Shown here: positions 43,352 to 52,535 of the stretch, one piece after another | Layout: each line of letters begins with the position of its first letter | Numbering within the stretch: the first letter of the stretch is position 1 | Source of the DNA: an uncultured Rhodospirillaceae bacterium | Lineage (GTDB): Bacteria > Pseudomonadota > Alphaproteobacteria > UBA7887 | Assembly (NCBI GenBank): GCA_964408735.1 | Contig: CAYPAX010000002.1 | Location: 10,921-74,920, forward strand | Direction: 5' to 3' | DNA: 64,000 nucleotides | Program-made: the position numbers and the translations under genes | Notes under the pieces: generated by a model | Seen by the model: only the letters and a program-made list of their open reading frames with translations | The model's database searches: none | What the model was told of the DNA's origin: nothing

Positions 43352-45067
43352 GCCGGCGGCGCTGAACCCTTCGTCAAACCGTGCCGCCATGGCAGTATCG
43401 TGGATATGCATCGGCCGCATGGTGCTGCGGCTCAGCGCCGGCTCGCCGGCCAGCAGCTCCTGCACGCATTTCTGCGCTACCTCCTGCTGCCCGGCATGCC
43501 AAAGGATCGGCACAGAGATGAGGTGGTTTCGCAACAGATCCGGGGCCTGGCGCACCAGCTTGCTGACCACCTGGGCAGCCCGCTCCGGCTCACCGACGAT
43601 GAAATGGGCCAGCGCCAGCTCGCGCTGATGGCGGAAGCGGTGGGGGTCCTCCGGCGCCGCCTGGATGCCGTTTTGCAGCAGCTGCAAGCCCTCGTCCTGC
43701 TCACCCAGATGGAACTTGGCGATGCCTGTCATGGCCGTCGCCTGGGAGAAGCTCGAATTAAGCTCGAGCGAGGTTTCCGCATGCACCAGGGCGGCATCGA
43801 AATCGCCGCGCAAATCCTGATGGATCATGGCCGCGATGAGATGGGCGAAGAAGCTCGACGGATCGACGGACAATGCCGCCTTGATGCCGGAAGACAGCTC
43901 CTCCCTCACATCCGCCGGCATGTCGAGCACGGAGAACTCGAACATGCGATAGCGGCAAAAGATCATCATCGCCATGGCCATGGCATTATCGGGCTTGCGC
44001 GTCAGCGCCGCCTTGAGGGTTTCCGCCGCCTCGTCGTTATGGCTGTACGAACTGACGAAATAGCCAGCCGCCTTCGACAGCAATTGCGGCACCGAGAGCG
44101 CATCGTTGACCGTGTTGCGAAGCTTCTCGAAGGCCTTGGCCTTGATGCGGATGCGCACGGCCGCTGCGACGCTCATGGAGATCTCGTCCTCGAGATCGAA
44201 GACATCGTCGAGGTTGCGGTCGTAGCGGTCGGACCAGACCTGACTGCCGCCCACCCCCTCGGCAAGCGTGAACGACAGCCTGAGCCTGTCGCCGGCCGCG
44301 CGAACGCTGCCTTCGAGGCGGAAATCCGCGCCCTCGGCCACCTCGCCAGCATGCTCGCCAATTACTGCAATCGCCGTCTGCTTGGTCAGGCCGCCGACGA
44401 TGTCCTGTTGCAGGCCCTCGGCCAGGGAGGCGATCTCGTCGCCGCCGCTGATGACCTTGACGGGCGCCACGGCGACGGTGGGCAGCTCCTCGCCATCCTT
44501 CCTGGTCGGCTCACGATTGGTCCGCTTGCCCTCCCCCTCGACACCGAACTGATAGACCGCCACGGGATCTGCGATATTCTTCAGCTCCTGCTCGCCCATG
44601 AAGGCGAACGGTCCGCCGACCTTGGCGCGCACACTGTCGAATACCGTGCCAGAGACGTTGATGCCGCCGGGGCTTGCCATGGCTTGCAGGCGCGCCGCCA
44701 CATTGACCCCGTCGCCGTAGATCGAGCCGTCTTCCTTCTCCAGGATATCGCCGAGATTGAGGCCGACCCGGAACAGCATCTTGCGGTCGTCGGGCAAGGG
44801 CTCGTTGCGCTTGGCAAGCTCCCCTTGCGCCTCGGTGGCCGACGTCACGGCGCTGATGGCGCTTTCGAAAATCGCCAGCACCGAATCGCCCGCCATATCG
44901 ACGATGCGCCCGTTATGGGCCTCGATACACTTGCGGAAGATGCCGCGAAACTCGTCGAGGGTGGCGACCGTGGCGCGGTCGTCCTCGCGCATCAGGCGCG
45001 AATAGCCGACAGCGTCGGCCGCCAATATGGCAGCCAGACGTTCCTTCGGCTCCTTGGTCTCGGTCAT
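43340..45067 (-). CDS. Class III adenylate/guanylate cyclase, soluble, with a degenerate TolB-N-like module and TPR-like C-terminus (575 aa)
   Basis: The CHD cyclase domain reads LAAILAADAVGYSRLM...GDSVLAIF...YGDGVNVAARLQ. No TM segment is present. The internal stretch VAVAPVKVISGGDEI...LEGSVRAAGDRLRLSFTL is a degenerate copy of the module seen in the other two cyclases. Confidence 0.8.
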   Translation of the reverse strand: MTETKEPKERLAAILAADAVGYSRLMREDDRATVATLDEFRGIFRKCIEAHNGRIVDMAGDSVLAIFESAISAVTSATEAQGELAKRNEPLPDDRKMLFRVGLNLGDILEKEDGSIYGDGVNVAARLQAMASPGGINVSGTVFDSVRAKVGGPFAFMGEQELKNIADPVAVYQFGVEGEGKRTNREPTRKDGEELPTVAVAPVKVISGGDEIASLAEGLQQDIVGGLTKQTAIAVIGEHAGEVAEGADFRLEGSVRAAGDRLRLSFTLAEGVGGSQVWSDRYDRNLDDVFDLEDEISMSVAAAVRIRIKAKAFEKLRNTVNDALSVPQLLSKAAGYFVSSYSHNDEAAETLKAALTRKPDNAMAMAMMIFCRYRMFEFSVLDMPADVREELSSGIKAALSVDPSSFFAHLIAAMIHQDLRGDFDAALVHAETSLELNSSFSQATAMTGIAKFHLGEQDEGLQLLQNGIQAAPEDPHRFRHQRELALAHFIVGEPERAAQVVSKLVRQAPDLLRNHLISVPILWHAGQQEVAQKCVQELLAGEPALSRSTMRPMHIHDTAMAARFDEGFSAAGLPD

Positions 45068-45141
45068 GCGCCCCCCACGTCCCGCTTTGCGCGATTATGG
45101 CACAGCCTCAGCCATAGGCGATACGCTTCGCCAAATCGTGA

Positions 45142-45786
45142 TCAGGCGCGCTTCCGCAACCCGCTCTGTTGCAAGCGCCAGAGCATCAGATCCAGCCGGT
45201 CTTGGCCGAAGAAAGGCTCGCTGTCGAAGACCAGGGTCGGCACGCCCCAATGGCCGGCAGCGGTGAGCGCATTCTCGTTGGCGACGAGGGCGTCGTCGCA
45301 GGCTTCGGTGGCTGCGGCCTCAAGCGCGTCCGCATCGAGGCCGGCGCGGCGCGCGGCCTCGGCCAGGTGGTCGCCTTCGTGCCAATTGTCCACATCGCCG
45401 CTCCAGATCAGGCGCGAGACCTCGTCGAGATACGGCAGGCCGCGGCCCATCTCCGTCGCCGCCACGCCGAGGCGATTGAGACGGTGGATGTAGGGCTGCT
45501 CGGCCGCGATGGCACGGGTCTGCAGGTCCATCACGACGGGATCGGGCTTGGGCCAGCGGAAGGGAATACCAGCCTGCTCGGCGACGCGGTGCGAATCGCG
45601 CACCACGTAGGACGGCATCAGGGGATCGACGCGCTTGAAGAAGTTCGGATCGCGGATGGCGATGGGGCGCACCACGCGCACGGCCACATCGAGATCCCAG
45701 GTCTTGGTGAGCGCAACGATGCGCCCCGTCGCAAGATAGGAATACGGGCTGCGGAAGGACCAGTAGAGCTCGACGGTCAAGGTCAT
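45142..45786 (-). CDS. 2-hydroxychromene-2-carboxylate isomerase / DsbA-like thioredoxin-fold protein
   Basis: N-terminus reads LYWSFRSPYSYL, typical of the HCCA isomerase family. Confidence 0.7.
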   Translation of the reverse strand: MTLTVELYWSFRSPYSYLATGRIVALTKTWDLDVAVRVVRPIAIRDPNFFKRVDPLMPSYVVRDSHRVAEQAGIPFRWPKPDPVVMDLQTRAIAAEQPYIHRLNRLGVAATEMGRGLPYLDEVSRLIWSGDVDNWHEGDHLAEAARRAGLDADALEAAATEACDDALVANENALTAAGHWGVPTLVFDSEPFFGQDRLDLMLWRLQQSGLRKRA

Positions 45787-46583
45787 GAGGCGGCCTCCAG
45801 GGGGTGGGCGTGGTTGAGCGGCCCGTGGCCGTGGCCGAAACCGGGCGCGCCGATGATGGCGGCACGCACATAGGCATCGGCGCGCGCCACGGCGGCGGGA
45901 AGGGGTAGCCCTTGGGCGATGCCGGCAGCGATGGCGGAGGCCAGCGTGCAGCCGGTGCCGTGGGTATGGGGCGTATCCAGGCGCGGCGCCGTGAAGCGGT
46001 GCGCGCCTGCGTCATCTACGAGCAGGTCTATGACTGTCTCGCCCGCCATGTGGCCGCCTTTCATGAGCACCGCCTTGGCCCCCATCTCGCGCAGACGCGC
46101 CGCCGCAGCGGCCATGCCGGCTTCGTCGGCGATGGTCATGCCGGTCAGCGCTTCGGCCTCCGTCACATTGGGGGTGAGCACGGTCGCCAGCGGCAACAAC
46201 TCGTCGACCAGCGCCTGGTGGGCATCGTCGTCGAGCAGCTTGGCGCCACCCTTGGCGACCATCACCGGATCGACGATGACCGGCACGTCCGCGGCCAGCT
46301 CCCTGAGGCAGCGCGCCACGGTGGCGATGATGTCCGGATGATGCAGCATGCCGGTCTTGATGGCATCGGCGCCGATATCCTCCAGCACGACGCGGATCTG
46401 CTCGGCGATGAAGCTTTCCGGCACGTCATGGATGGCGTGCACGCCCTGGGTGTTCTGTGCGGTCAGCGCCGTCACTGCCGTGGCGGCATAGGCATCGAGC
46501 GCGGTGATGGTCTTGATGTCTGCCTGAATGCCCGCGCCACCGCCTGAATCCGACCCGGCAATGACCAGTACGCGTCCCTTCAT
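45783..46583 (-). CDS. thiD: Hydroxymethylpyrimidine/phosphomethylpyrimidine kinase
   Basis: N-terminus [25 protein letters not shown]. The ATG at 46583 overlaps the glmM stop in an ATGA. Confidence 0.85.
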   Translation of the reverse strand: MKGRVLVIAGSDSGGGAGIQADIKTITALDAYAATAVTALTAQNTQGVHAIHDVPESFIAEQIRVVLEDIGADAIKTGMLHHPDIIATVARCLRELAADVPVIVDPVMVAKGGAKLLDDDAHQALVDELLPLATVLTPNVTEAEALTGMTIADEAGMAAAAARLREMGAKAVLMKGGHMAGETVIDLLVDDAGAHRFTAPRLDTPHTHGTGCTLASAIAAGIAQGLPLPAAVARADAYVRAAIIGAPGFGHGHGPLNHAHPLEAAS

Positions 46584-47926
46584 CGATTCGCCTCCGTAAT
46601 CGCTGCTGCAACCTGGGCCACGGCCGCCGCGACCTTGGCCTCGTCCTCGCCTTCCGCCATCACGCGCGCCTTGGGCTCGGTGCCGGACAGGCGCACCACC
46701 AGCCGGCCATTGCCGGCGAGAGAAGATTCCGCTGCCTGCACGGCGTCGGCAACGGTGCTGCTTTCGAGCACCGGCGCGCCGGCGCAAGCCAGACTTTGCG
46801 TGATTTGCGGCAGCGGCTCGAAACGGTGCGCCGCCGCGCTCGCTGGAGCATCGGCATCCTTGAGCACCGCCAGTGCCTGCAGCGCCGCGACCAGGCCGTC
46901 GCCGGTGGTCGCGTGATCGGTCAGGATCAGATGCCCAGACTGCTCGCCGCCGAAATTGTAGCCATTGGCGCGCATATGCTCGACGACATAGCGATCGCCG
47001 ACCTGGGTGCGCGCCAAGTGCAGGCCCTCTGCCTCCAGGTGCCGTTCGAGGCCGAGATTGGACATCAAGGTCGCCACCACGCCGCCGCCTTGCAGGGCAC
47101 CGCGGCCATGCAGATGACCCGCGATGAGGGCCAAAAGCTGATCGCCGTCAATGGTCCTGCCGGCCTCGTCGCACATGGCCAAACGGTCGGCGTCGCCATC
47201 GAGGGCGATGCCGAGATCGGCGCCGCATTCGACCACGCGGGCGCACATCGCTTGCGGCGATGTCGAGCCGCAGTCGCGGTTGATATTGAAGCCGTCCGGC
47301 TCGGCGCCGAGCGTCTCCACCTCGGCACCCAGTTCCCACAAGACCGTGGGCGCGACCCGATAGGCGGCGCCATTGGCGCAGTCGAGCACGACCTTGAGGC
47401 CGTCCAGCGTCATGCCCTTGGGGAAGCTCTGCTTGGCGAATTCAATATAGCGGCCCGGCGCATCGTCCAGGCGGCGCGCACGGCCGAGATCGGCGGGTGC
47501 CGCCAGCGCCTCGGCCGAGCCGTTCTCCATGCGCGCCTCGATCTCAGCCTCCGTGGCATCGGAGAGCTTGTAGCCGTCGGGCCCGAAGAGCTTGATGCCG
47601 TTGTCGTGGAAAGGATTGTGCGAGGCCGAGATCATGACACCGAGATCGGCGCGCAAAGAGCGCGTAAGCATGCCGATGGCGGGCGTCGGCAGGGGCCCGA
47701 CCAGGATCACGTTCATGCCCATGGAGACGAAGCCCGAGGTCAGGGCCGGCTCGATCATATAGCCCGAAAGCCGCGTGTCCTTGCCGATCACCACGCTGTG
47801 GCGGTGCTCGCCGCGGGTGAAGACCTGGCCTGCCGCCATGCCGAGCCTGAGCGCGGTGGCCGCGGTCATGGGCTCGGTATTGGCGCGGCCGCGGACGCCG
47901 TCAGTGCCGAAAAGCTTGCGTGTCAT
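46580..47926 (-). CDS. glmM: Phosphoglucosamine mutase
   Basis: N-terminus [10 protein letters not shown] and the active-site serine region. The ATG at 47926 is preceded by GGGAG. Confidence 0.9.
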   Translation of the reverse strand: MTRKLFGTDGVRGRANTEPMTAATALRLGMAAGQVFTRGEHRHSVVIGKDTRLSGYMIEPALTSGFVSMGMNVILVGPLPTPAIGMLTRSLRADLGVMISASHNPFHDNGIKLFGPDGYKLSDATEAEIEARMENGSAEALAAPADLGRARRLDDAPGRYIEFAKQSFPKGMTLDGLKVVLDCANGAAYRVAPTVLWELGAEVETLGAEPDGFNINRDCGSTSPQAMCARVVECGADLGIALDGDADRLAMCDEAGRTIDGDQLLALIAGHLHGRGALQGGGVVATLMSNLGLERHLEAEGLHLARTQVGDRYVVEHMRANGYNFGGEQSGHLILTDHATTGDGLVAALQALAVLKDADAPASAAAHRFEPLPQITQSLACAGAPVLESSTVADAVQAAESSLAGNGRLVVRLSGTEPKARVMAEGEDEAKVAAAVAQVAAAITEANR

Positions 47927-48032
47927 GGACCCGACATACTCCCTAGTCCTCGCCCCGCGCAAGGCCCCTTTCCCTATGCCCGAGTCTGACGCACACTGCG
48001 CCCGATGAAGAGAGCATCTGTGGGAGGAGAAT

Positions 48033-48770
48033 ATGGCGATTGCGGACTACAAGACGGCGCTGGTGACGGGCGCCTCGGCGGGTATCGGCGAGGCCACCGT
48101 GCGTGCGCTCGTGGCCAAGGGGCTCGCAGTGACGGCCGTGGCGCGGCGGGCGGAGCGCCTGGAAGCCCTGGCTGCGGAAACAGGCTGCACACCGCTCGCC
48201 CTCGACCTGACCGACACCAGGGCCCTCAACGCCGCATTGCGCGGGCTGGAGGTCGACGTGCTGGTCAACAATGCCGGCCTGGGCCGCGGCATGGCGAGCT
48301 TTCTCGAGGCCAGTGCCGAGGATATCGACCTTACCATCGAGACCAACGTCACCGCCTTCCTGCACGTCATTCATGCCGTGGCACCCAACATGGTGGCGCG
48401 CAAGACCGGCCATATCGTCAATATCGGCTCGATCGCCGGGCTCTACCCGTTGCAATCGCCGATCTACGGCGCCTCGAAGGGCGCGGTGCGGCTGGCCTCG
48501 CAGAATTTGCGCATCGACCTTGAAGGCACCGGCGTGCGCATGACCGAGATCTGCCCGGGCCGCGTCGTTACCGAGTTCCTGGTCCAGGCCTCGGGCGAGG
48601 AAGCGGCGCGCCAAACCTATGGCCAGTTCAACGAGCTGCAGCCGGTGGATATTGCCGACGCCATCGTCTATGCCGTGGATGCGCCGTGGCGGGTCAACGT
48701 CTCGACCATCGAGATCGTGCCCACCGAGCAGATCATTGGCGGTATCCACACCACGCGCGTCGAACGCTGA
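48033..48770 (+). CDS. SDR family oxidoreductase
   Basis: [10 protein letters not shown] Rossmann motif, NNAG, and YxxxK (YGASK). Confidence 0.85.
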   Translation: MAIADYKTALVTGASAGIGEATVRALVAKGLAVTAVARRAERLEALAAETGCTPLALDLTDTRALNAALRGLEVDVLVNNAGLGRGMASFLEASAEDIDLTIETNVTAFLHVIHAVAPNMVARKTGHIVNIGSIAGLYPLQSPIYGASKGAVRLASQNLRIDLEGTGVRMTEICPGRVVTEFLVQASGEEAARQTYGQFNELQPVDIADAIVYAVDAPWRVNVSTIEIVPTEQIIGGIHTTRVER

Positions 48771-48791
48771 CAACAAAAGAGGGAGAGAGAC

Positions 48792-49097
48792 ATGTCCGTA
48801 TACATGATTGCCCATGCCACCGTGAACGATCCGGAAGCCTACAAGCCCTATCTCGAGGCAGCGCCCGCCTTCGTGAAGAAGTATGGCGGCGAGTACCTGG
48901 TGCGTGGCGGCAAGGTCTTGGCGCAGCGCGGCGAGTGGGATCCGAAGCGCCTGCTGATTTTCCGCTTTCCCAGCCACCAGGCGATCGAGGATTTCATGGC
49001 CGATCCCGACTACCAGCCCTGGAAGGCGCTGCGCGAGCGCGTGACCACGCCGCACAGCATGCTGATCATCGAAGGCGTCAAGGACGGCGAGGTATAG
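48792..49097 (+). CDS. DUF1330 family protein
   Basis: 101 aa. The size and the MIAHATVNDPEAYKPY start fit DUF1330. Confidence 0.55.
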   Translation: MSVYMIAHATVNDPEAYKPYLEAAPAFVKKYGGEYLVRGGKVLAQRGEWDPKRLLIFRFPSHQAIEDFMADPDYQPWKALRERVTTPHSMLIIEGVKDGEV

Positions 49098-49102
49098 GCG
49101 CC

Positions 49103-49825
49103 ATGATAGATCTGCATTACTGGCCGACGCCGAACGGCAAGAAGGTCACCATCCTGCTCGAGGAATGCGGCATGCCGTACAACATCGTGCCCTGCCATAT
49201 CGGCCGCGGCGACCAGTTTGAGGACGCGTTCCTGGCGATCTCGCCGAACAACCGCATGCCGGCCATGGTCGACCACGAGCCGGCGGACGGCGGCGAGCCG
49301 ATCGCCCTGTTCGAGTCCGCCGCCATCATGATGTACATCGCCGAGAAGGCGGGGAAGTTCTATCCGCAAGGCTTGCGCGCACGCTACGAGGTCGATCAGT
49401 GGCTGATGTGGCAGATGGCGAACCAGGGCCCGAAGACCGGCGAGCGCGGCCACTTCAATCGCCTCGGCGAGGACTATGGCGACCAGACCTACGCCCTGAC
49501 CCGCTTCACCAACGAGGTCAACCGGCTTTATGGCGTGCTAAACATTCGCCTCTACGACCGGCCCTACATCGCCGGTGACGAATACACCATCGCCGACATG
49601 ATCTGCTACCCCTGGACCGTGGCCTGGAAGATGCAGGACCAGGACCTCGACGAGTTCAAATATTTCAAACGCTGGTGGGAGGAGATGTCGGCACGGCCCG
49701 CCGTGCAGCGCGGCCTCGCCGTGGGCAAGGACATGGGCGAAGACCCGGCAACCCTGTCCGACGAGGAGAAAGCCCGCCGCCGCGCCCTGATGTACAACCA
49801 GCGCGCTCGCCCGGCGCCTGTGTAG
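49103..49825 (+). CDS. Glutathione S-transferase (Nu/YghU-like)
   Basis: N-terminus IDLHYWPTPNGKKVTILLEECG and a GST C-terminal domain. The ATG at 49103 lies within a longer track ORF. Confidence 0.8.
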   Translation: MIDLHYWPTPNGKKVTILLEECGMPYNIVPCHIGRGDQFEDAFLAISPNNRMPAMVDHEPADGGEPIALFESAAIMMYIAEKAGKFYPQGLRARYEVDQWLMWQMANQGPKTGERGHFNRLGEDYGDQTYALTRFTNEVNRLYGVLNIRLYDRPYIAGDEYTIADMICYPWTVAWKMQDQDLDEFKYFKRWWEEMSARPAVQRGLAVGKDMGEDPATLSDEEKARRRALMYNQRARPAPV

Positions 49826-49828
49826 GCC

Positions 49829-51283
49829 CTACTCGGCGGCCGTCGACAGGCCGGCGTTGGCTTCCACGCTGGGCGAAAGGTAGGCGCCCTGGCGCAGCAG
49901 CTCGCGCTGTACCAGACGCGCATCCAGAGCCCGCGGCGCAATGCCCGCGTTCGCCGCCAAAGCCGCCGCGGTGCCTGCCGCCTGGCCCGTGAGCCAGCAT
50001 TGCGGCACCTCGCGCAGGAAGGAGTGCGAGCTGGCATCGCAGGCGATATGGCGGCCGGCGCCGAGCACCCCTTCCAGCCCTTGCGGCAGCAGCGAGCCGT
50101 AGGGCACCGAGATATTGGGGAACTTCGGCGACAGCGAGGTCGAGACGCCGATCTCGTCGTCCCACACCTTGCCTTCGTCCCATTGCGCGCGGGTGACCTT
50201 GGCATCGCTCGCCAGGCGCCGGCTGTGGCGCACGCCGACCTGCGGTGCGCCGAGCATGAGGAAGGCGCCTTCGAAGCCCGGCGCGTGGCTCCGGTAGAAA
50301 TCGACATGGGCGACCGTGAGGGCGCGCGAGCGCAGCTCCACTTCCGTCAGGTCGTCCACGTCCACCGCCGAATAGCCCGTCAGCCGCGGCCCCATGAACA
50401 GGGCGACATCGTTGCGCCAGCCCGGGAAAGGCTTCTCGAACGAGCCCACGCTGTCGCGCCCGCGCGCCATCATGTCCTTGAAGCCCTGGGGGTCGTCGGC
50501 ACGGAAGGCGAGCCAGCGCTCGATATCGACGCCGCCGACCAGGAAGGCGGTGTTGACGCAATGGTGGATGTCGCCCTCGTCGATATCGGATTCGAGCGGC
50601 GCGCCGGCGCGCGCCAGCAGATCCGCATCGCCCGTGGTATCGACAACCACCTTGGCCAGGACCGCCTGGCGGCCGGCCTTGCTCTCGAAGATGGCGCCGC
50701 GCATGACGCCGTCCTCGACAATCGGTTCTGTGGCCCAGGCGTGCAGCACGAGATCGACCTTCTGCTCCTGCACCATGGTCATCGAGAGGGTCTTGAGCGC
50801 TTCCGGATCGACGGTCGGCGACCAGGTGACGATGCCGTGATAGGCGGCGGTGCGCTGCGTCCAATAGGCCGCCGTGGCGGCATCGCGCGAGCCCCAATCG
50901 GCGCGCGGCGGGCCTTGCAGGGCGTCTGCCGGCAGCCGGTCCATGAGGTCGTGCGCGAGGCCGCGGATGACCTGCTGGCCGTTCCAGTCGGTCATGCGGT
51001 CGATCCAGATCACCAGGCCGCCCGTGGACAGCCCGCCCAGGTGGTTGTAGCGCTCGACCAGCATGACATCGGCGCCGCTGCGCCCGGCCGCGATGGCCGC
51101 CGCGGTGCCGGCTGGCCCGCCGCCGACCACCAGCACGTCGGTCTCGGCGAATACAGGGGTTTCGCGAGCGGCTTCGGCGATCGTGCGCCCCGTCGCCGGG
51201 CGCCTGGCCCGCTTCTCGCCGCCGTCGAAAAGCTCGATGCCTTGCTGGCCGCCGATGCTGTTGGTCAGGTTTTCGCCGGACAT
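49829..51283 (-). CDS. FAD-dependent oxidoreductase
   Basis: Dinucleotide-binding motif VLVVGGGPAGTAAAIAA near the N-terminus; 484 aa. Confidence 0.7.
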   Translation of the reverse strand: MSGENLTNSIGGQQGIELFDGGEKRARRPATGRTIAEAARETPVFAETDVLVVGGGPAGTAAAIAAGRSGADVMLVERYNHLGGLSTGGLVIWIDRMTDWNGQQVIRGLAHDLMDRLPADALQGPPRADWGSRDAATAAYWTQRTAAYHGIVTWSPTVDPEALKTLSMTMVQEQKVDLVLHAWATEPIVEDGVMRGAIFESKAGRQAVLAKVVVDTTGDADLLARAGAPLESDIDEGDIHHCVNTAFLVGGVDIERWLAFRADDPQGFKDMMARGRDSVGSFEKPFPGWRNDVALFMGPRLTGYSAVDVDDLTEVELRSRALTVAHVDFYRSHAPGFEGAFLMLGAPQVGVRHSRRLASDAKVTRAQWDEGKVWDDEIGVSTSLSPKFPNISVPYGSLLPQGLEGVLGAGRHIACDASSHSFLREVPQCWLTGQAAGTAAALAANAGIAPRALDARLVQRELLRQGAYLSPSVEANAGLSTAAE

Positions 51284-51332
51284 ATCACCCTCCTGTCATG
51301 TCAGCTTTATATACGCCGAAGGCGTCGCCGCG

Positions 51333-52442
51333 TCACCTTTGCAGGAAATCGAGCAGCAGTGCCGTGACAGCCTGCGGCTGCTCCTGCTGCACCCAATGGC
51401 CGGCGCCATCGACCAGATGGCAGCCGCGCATGTCCGTACAGACGCTCTGCGGCATGCGCTCGAAATCGCCCGGTTTCTGGTACGTGCCCCAGTCGCTCTT
51501 GCCGGCGATGAACAGGCTGGGTACGTCGATGCTGCGCCCGGCAAAGAGCCGCAGCTCGGCCGAGTGCTCGGGCGAGGTGGCGCAGCGGTAGAACTGCAGT
51601 CCGCCCTGGAAGCCGTTGCGGGCGTATTCTCCGGCATAGACCGCGAGCTCGTCGTCGGGCAGCCAGGCGCAGGCGGTGCTTGGCATGTGCGGCGCCACGG
51701 TTTCGGCCATGTTCCGGTCGAGATCCATGATGTAGTAGGTCGGCATCTTGGCCAGCTCCGTGGCCGTCCAGCCGCTCAGGGGATAAGGCGTGTTCTCCGC
51801 CCAGTCGGCGCTCTTGTGGTGGTAGTAGGCGCGCAGGAAGTCGTGGATTCCTTGCGGGCAGGCGCACATGTCGTCATTGGCCGGGCGCGTCGAATAGTAC
51901 CACTGGTAATGTTTGCGCGGGCGTTCCAGCGCCGCCATGTCGGCGTGCACGTCGGGCCCCGTGCGTGGCGCCCAGGAGGGCGGTCCGCCAAACGGCGCGC
52001 TCATCAGGGCGACCTTGGCGAACACGTCGGGCCGTGCCACCGCGCACCAGGCCGAGACCGGCGAGCCGAAGTCGTGGCCGATAAGCCCGTCCACATGATC
52101 GCGACCCAACGCCGTGACCAGCGCCAAGGCATCGCGCACCACGTTGAGCATGCGGAACGGCACGAGATCGGTGTCGTAGTCCGCGCTCCAGCCCGTGGTG
52201 CGGCCATAGCCGCGTTGGTCGGGTGCGACTACGTAGTATCCGGCGTCCGCCAGCGCCGGCATCACCTTGCGCCAGCTATAGGCGATCTCCGGGAAGCCGT
52301 GCAGCAGCAGCAGGCACGGCCGGCCGGGCGCGTCGTCGCCGGCCTCCAGGATATGCATGTCGAGGCCGTTGACGCCGCGCACCATGCGCGAGCGGATGCC
52401 GGCGGGCAGGGGTAGCGGGGCGAGGTCGGCTGTGTCGCTCAT
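51333..52442 (-). CDS. Alpha/beta hydrolase (epoxide hydrolase-like)
   Basis: LLLHGFPE and the nucleophile elbow GHDFGS; 369 aa. Confidence 0.8.
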   Translation of the reverse strand: MSDTADLAPLPLPAGIRSRMVRGVNGLDMHILEAGDDAPGRPCLLLLHGFPEIAYSWRKVMPALADAGYYVVAPDQRGYGRTTGWSADYDTDLVPFRMLNVVRDALALVTALGRDHVDGLIGHDFGSPVSAWCAVARPDVFAKVALMSAPFGGPPSWAPRTGPDVHADMAALERPRKHYQWYYSTRPANDDMCACPQGIHDFLRAYYHHKSADWAENTPYPLSGWTATELAKMPTYYIMDLDRNMAETVAPHMPSTACAWLPDDELAVYAGEYARNGFQGGLQFYRCATSPEHSAELRLFAGRSIDVPSLFIAGKSDWGTYQKPGDFERMPQSVCTDMRGCHLVDGAGHWVQQEQPQAVTALLLDFLQR

Positions 52443-52535
52443 GAAACTCTCCTTATCTCATCACCTTAGAGCGCGCCGCCCCGCATTGCGCAAGCCCCTG
52501 GCAAGCCGTACCATTCCACCAGGGAGGGGTGCGGC

